64,000 nucleotides of DNA from Squalus acanthias (lineage: Eukaryota): contig CM059432.1 of assembly GCA_030390025.1 (NCBI GenBank), positions 149,298,001-149,362,000 on the forward strand. Direction: 5' to 3'. Positions 61,801 through 64,000 of this stretch are shown here, piece by piece. The position numbers were made by a program, and so were the translations under genes. Position 1 is the stretch's first letter. The number at the start of each line of letters is the position of its first letter. Under the pieces are notes generated by a model. The model did no database searches, was not told the DNA's origin, and was given only the letters and a program-made list of their open reading frames with translations.

Positions 61801-64000
61801 TTTTCCAAGATGGCTCCTGGCCTGGCAGCTCCTTTCTGAGCTGATCTGCTCTTCAACTCTATCCGTGGTCATCCGTTGCCATCCGCTGCCCTTTCTTCCC
61901 CCAATCTCCTCTCTTCAATTGCTGCAGATACCCTGCCCCTGATAGTGAAGGCATTTCAGCTCAAACTACAAGTTTAAACTACAAGCTGAGTGCTCCCCCT
62001 GCAGAGTCCGCTGCCCATCCCCCGGCCCGGCGTGTCTTTGTTCTCACTTCAACTGCTGGAACTCTGCTGCACCTTGACCTCCATCACTGGATTCCTCGCC
62101 GACAGGACCTCGTTGACCACACGGTTTGACTCAGCGGCCGTGGCGCCGCTCTGCTTCTCGGTCACTTTAAGTCTTAAGCTGCGGAATTCTTTTGTCAAAT
62201 TGGTTTCCGATCTCCTGGACTTCTCCAGACATCTCGACCACATTCCGACTTTGAACTACACTGGATTACACTACGTTTCTGCACTGGATTACACTGTAAG
62301 TCTTACCTGCTGTGTCTCTATCTCTGAAAAGGTAAAAAGATTTTTACCTTTTAAACTTCCGGCTGTGTGTCTGCTGAACTGGTTCTACTGGTTTTTCAGC
62401 TCTGCTGGCTTGTTGGTAGCAGCTCCACTTACTGTCCAGTGACTCATTCTACCGGTTTTCAGTTTTGCTGGTCACTGGTTTATGGTTTTACTTTTTCTGC
62501 GCCGCTTTGGTCTACGGTGACCTCCAACTTGTGTCAATTTAGCCATCGTCTTTCTGCATCCCTACCGACTCTCATTCCTACAGCAACAACCTCCATCCTC
62601 GAACTCTCCACCCTTCAAATAGCTTCTGGACTTCACTCGCCTGCTTTGGGCAGCGGTTCGTCGATGCTCCGTGCCGGCCCCATCCTGCTTGCATCGGCTT
62701 GTCCCTCCATGGGACCTCTGACTTTGACCCTGGTCTCCCTACTATTGTCCCCAACCTGTTCCCTGCTACCAGGAAATCGGAATTCCATTAATTATTACAT
62801 TTAAACAGGCTTCTGTAACCTGAGCTTTTCCCGTGTCCATTCGCGTGCGCACTTTGGCTGCCGCTCCAGACCCGAGCCATTCCACTTTTTCCCCCTCTTT
62901 TCCTTTTCTCTCTATCCCTCCCTGACCGCATTCTCCTGTCGTCATGCCTCCTTTCATCTCTCCTCTCTCGGATACTCTCCCCTCCCAAATCCCTACCCCA
63001 CTCCTTCATTACTCTTCGATCTTCCTACTCTCCTGCCACCGTCCCAGGCTTGGCTCCCTCTTAGATAAGCCCACAGCTTCCCTCTGTGCCTCTCTTGGCA
63101 TCCTAGGAAGGGCCCATTGAGGCACTCGTCGCTGCCGCCTTATGAGCAGCAACCCCAACTGTCCCATCCTACTCTCTCACCGACCTTCCCGCCCAGCGCA
63201 CCCACTGGGGGCAAATCTTGACAATCTCCTCCTCGTCCAACTCACCCCTCCCAGTGCTGACCCTGTGGACGTTGGCAGTGGATCAGCCATCACCGACCCT
63301 CTCCGCATCTCCCTCCAGAATGTCCGTTCACTTGCGAACACGGCCCTTGCCATCCATGAGCTTATCGTGGATGATTGCATCGACATCATGGCCCTGACGG
63401 AAACTTGGTTGAGGGGTGATGACACCCTACCCCTAAATTAAGCCACCCCGCCTGGCTATACCTTCCACCACTTGCCCCACTCAGACCACCGTGGTGGTGG
63501 TGTGGCTCTCCTCACCAAATCACACCTTGGTCTGTCCCCCTACTCCTCCGACAGTTTCTCCTCCTTTGAGCATCTCACCTTATTCCACCCCTCTCACCTC
63601 ATTTAAAATTCTTGTTCTCTACCGCCCACCCAAGTACCATAAAAATGTTATTACTGAGATATCTTCACTGTTCTCCTCCTTCAGCCTCTGCACCAAACGA
63701 CTTCCCATTCTTGGCCACCCCCTCGACCTTGCCATCTCTCGTGGCCTCGCTACTCCCATCGTGTTAATCGCAGATAAGGCCATCTCTGACCACTTCCTCG
63801 TATCGCTCTCCACCCACATCCCATCCCCGCCCTCCCCCCCCGCCCCCAACCCTACTTCCTTCTGTGTCCGCCCCTGGAAAAAACTTTCTCAACTCTCTCA
63901 CAACTGCACTTATGAAATCCCAACTGTCCAGCCTCTGGCCCTCCATTCACCACGACATTTCTGCAGCTACCGATCTGCTCAACCGCACCCTCACCACCAC
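61801..64000 (+). mobile_element. L2 LINE 5' region and decayed APE domain, running off the window
   Basis: LRISLQNVRSL...IDIMALTETWL...RGGGVAL, YRPP and ISDH remnants from 63300 on; pyrimidine-rich upstream region; 5' boundary inferred. Confidence 0.75.

Overview
Eukaryotic, repeat-dense vertebrate DNA, most likely from a shark or other cartilaginous fish (inferred from the Deu-domain SINE, CR1, L2 and Penelope repertoire). The one host gene I can support is MLH1 on the minus strand: coding exons 1-9 span 36908 down to 4432, all have GT-AG junctions, and exons 2-9 match the human exon lengths; the gene runs off the left edge. Its CpG-rich 5' region carries two minisatellites, and no EPM2AIP1-like ORF is visible head-to-head. 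The rest is mostly transposable elements: many CR1 LINEs, L2, RTE, a Jockey/CR1-group LINE, DeuSINEs, MITEs and two Penelope-like (PLE) families whose pseudo-LTRs carry minimal hammerhead ribozyme motifs. The standout is a triple nest in MLH1 intron 2. An intact 7.2-kb Tx1-clade retrotransposon sits with a perfect 24-bp target-site duplication (TSD) inside a hammerhead-bearing PLE palindrome, which itself splits a CR1. The Tx1 5' end carries PLE sequence of a different variant than the host copy. This suggests a Tx1 family that specifically targets PLE ribozyme repeats; it is a hypothesis from a single locus. Repeat boundaries were read by eye and are approximate unless a TSD or terminal inverted repeat (TIR) is quoted.
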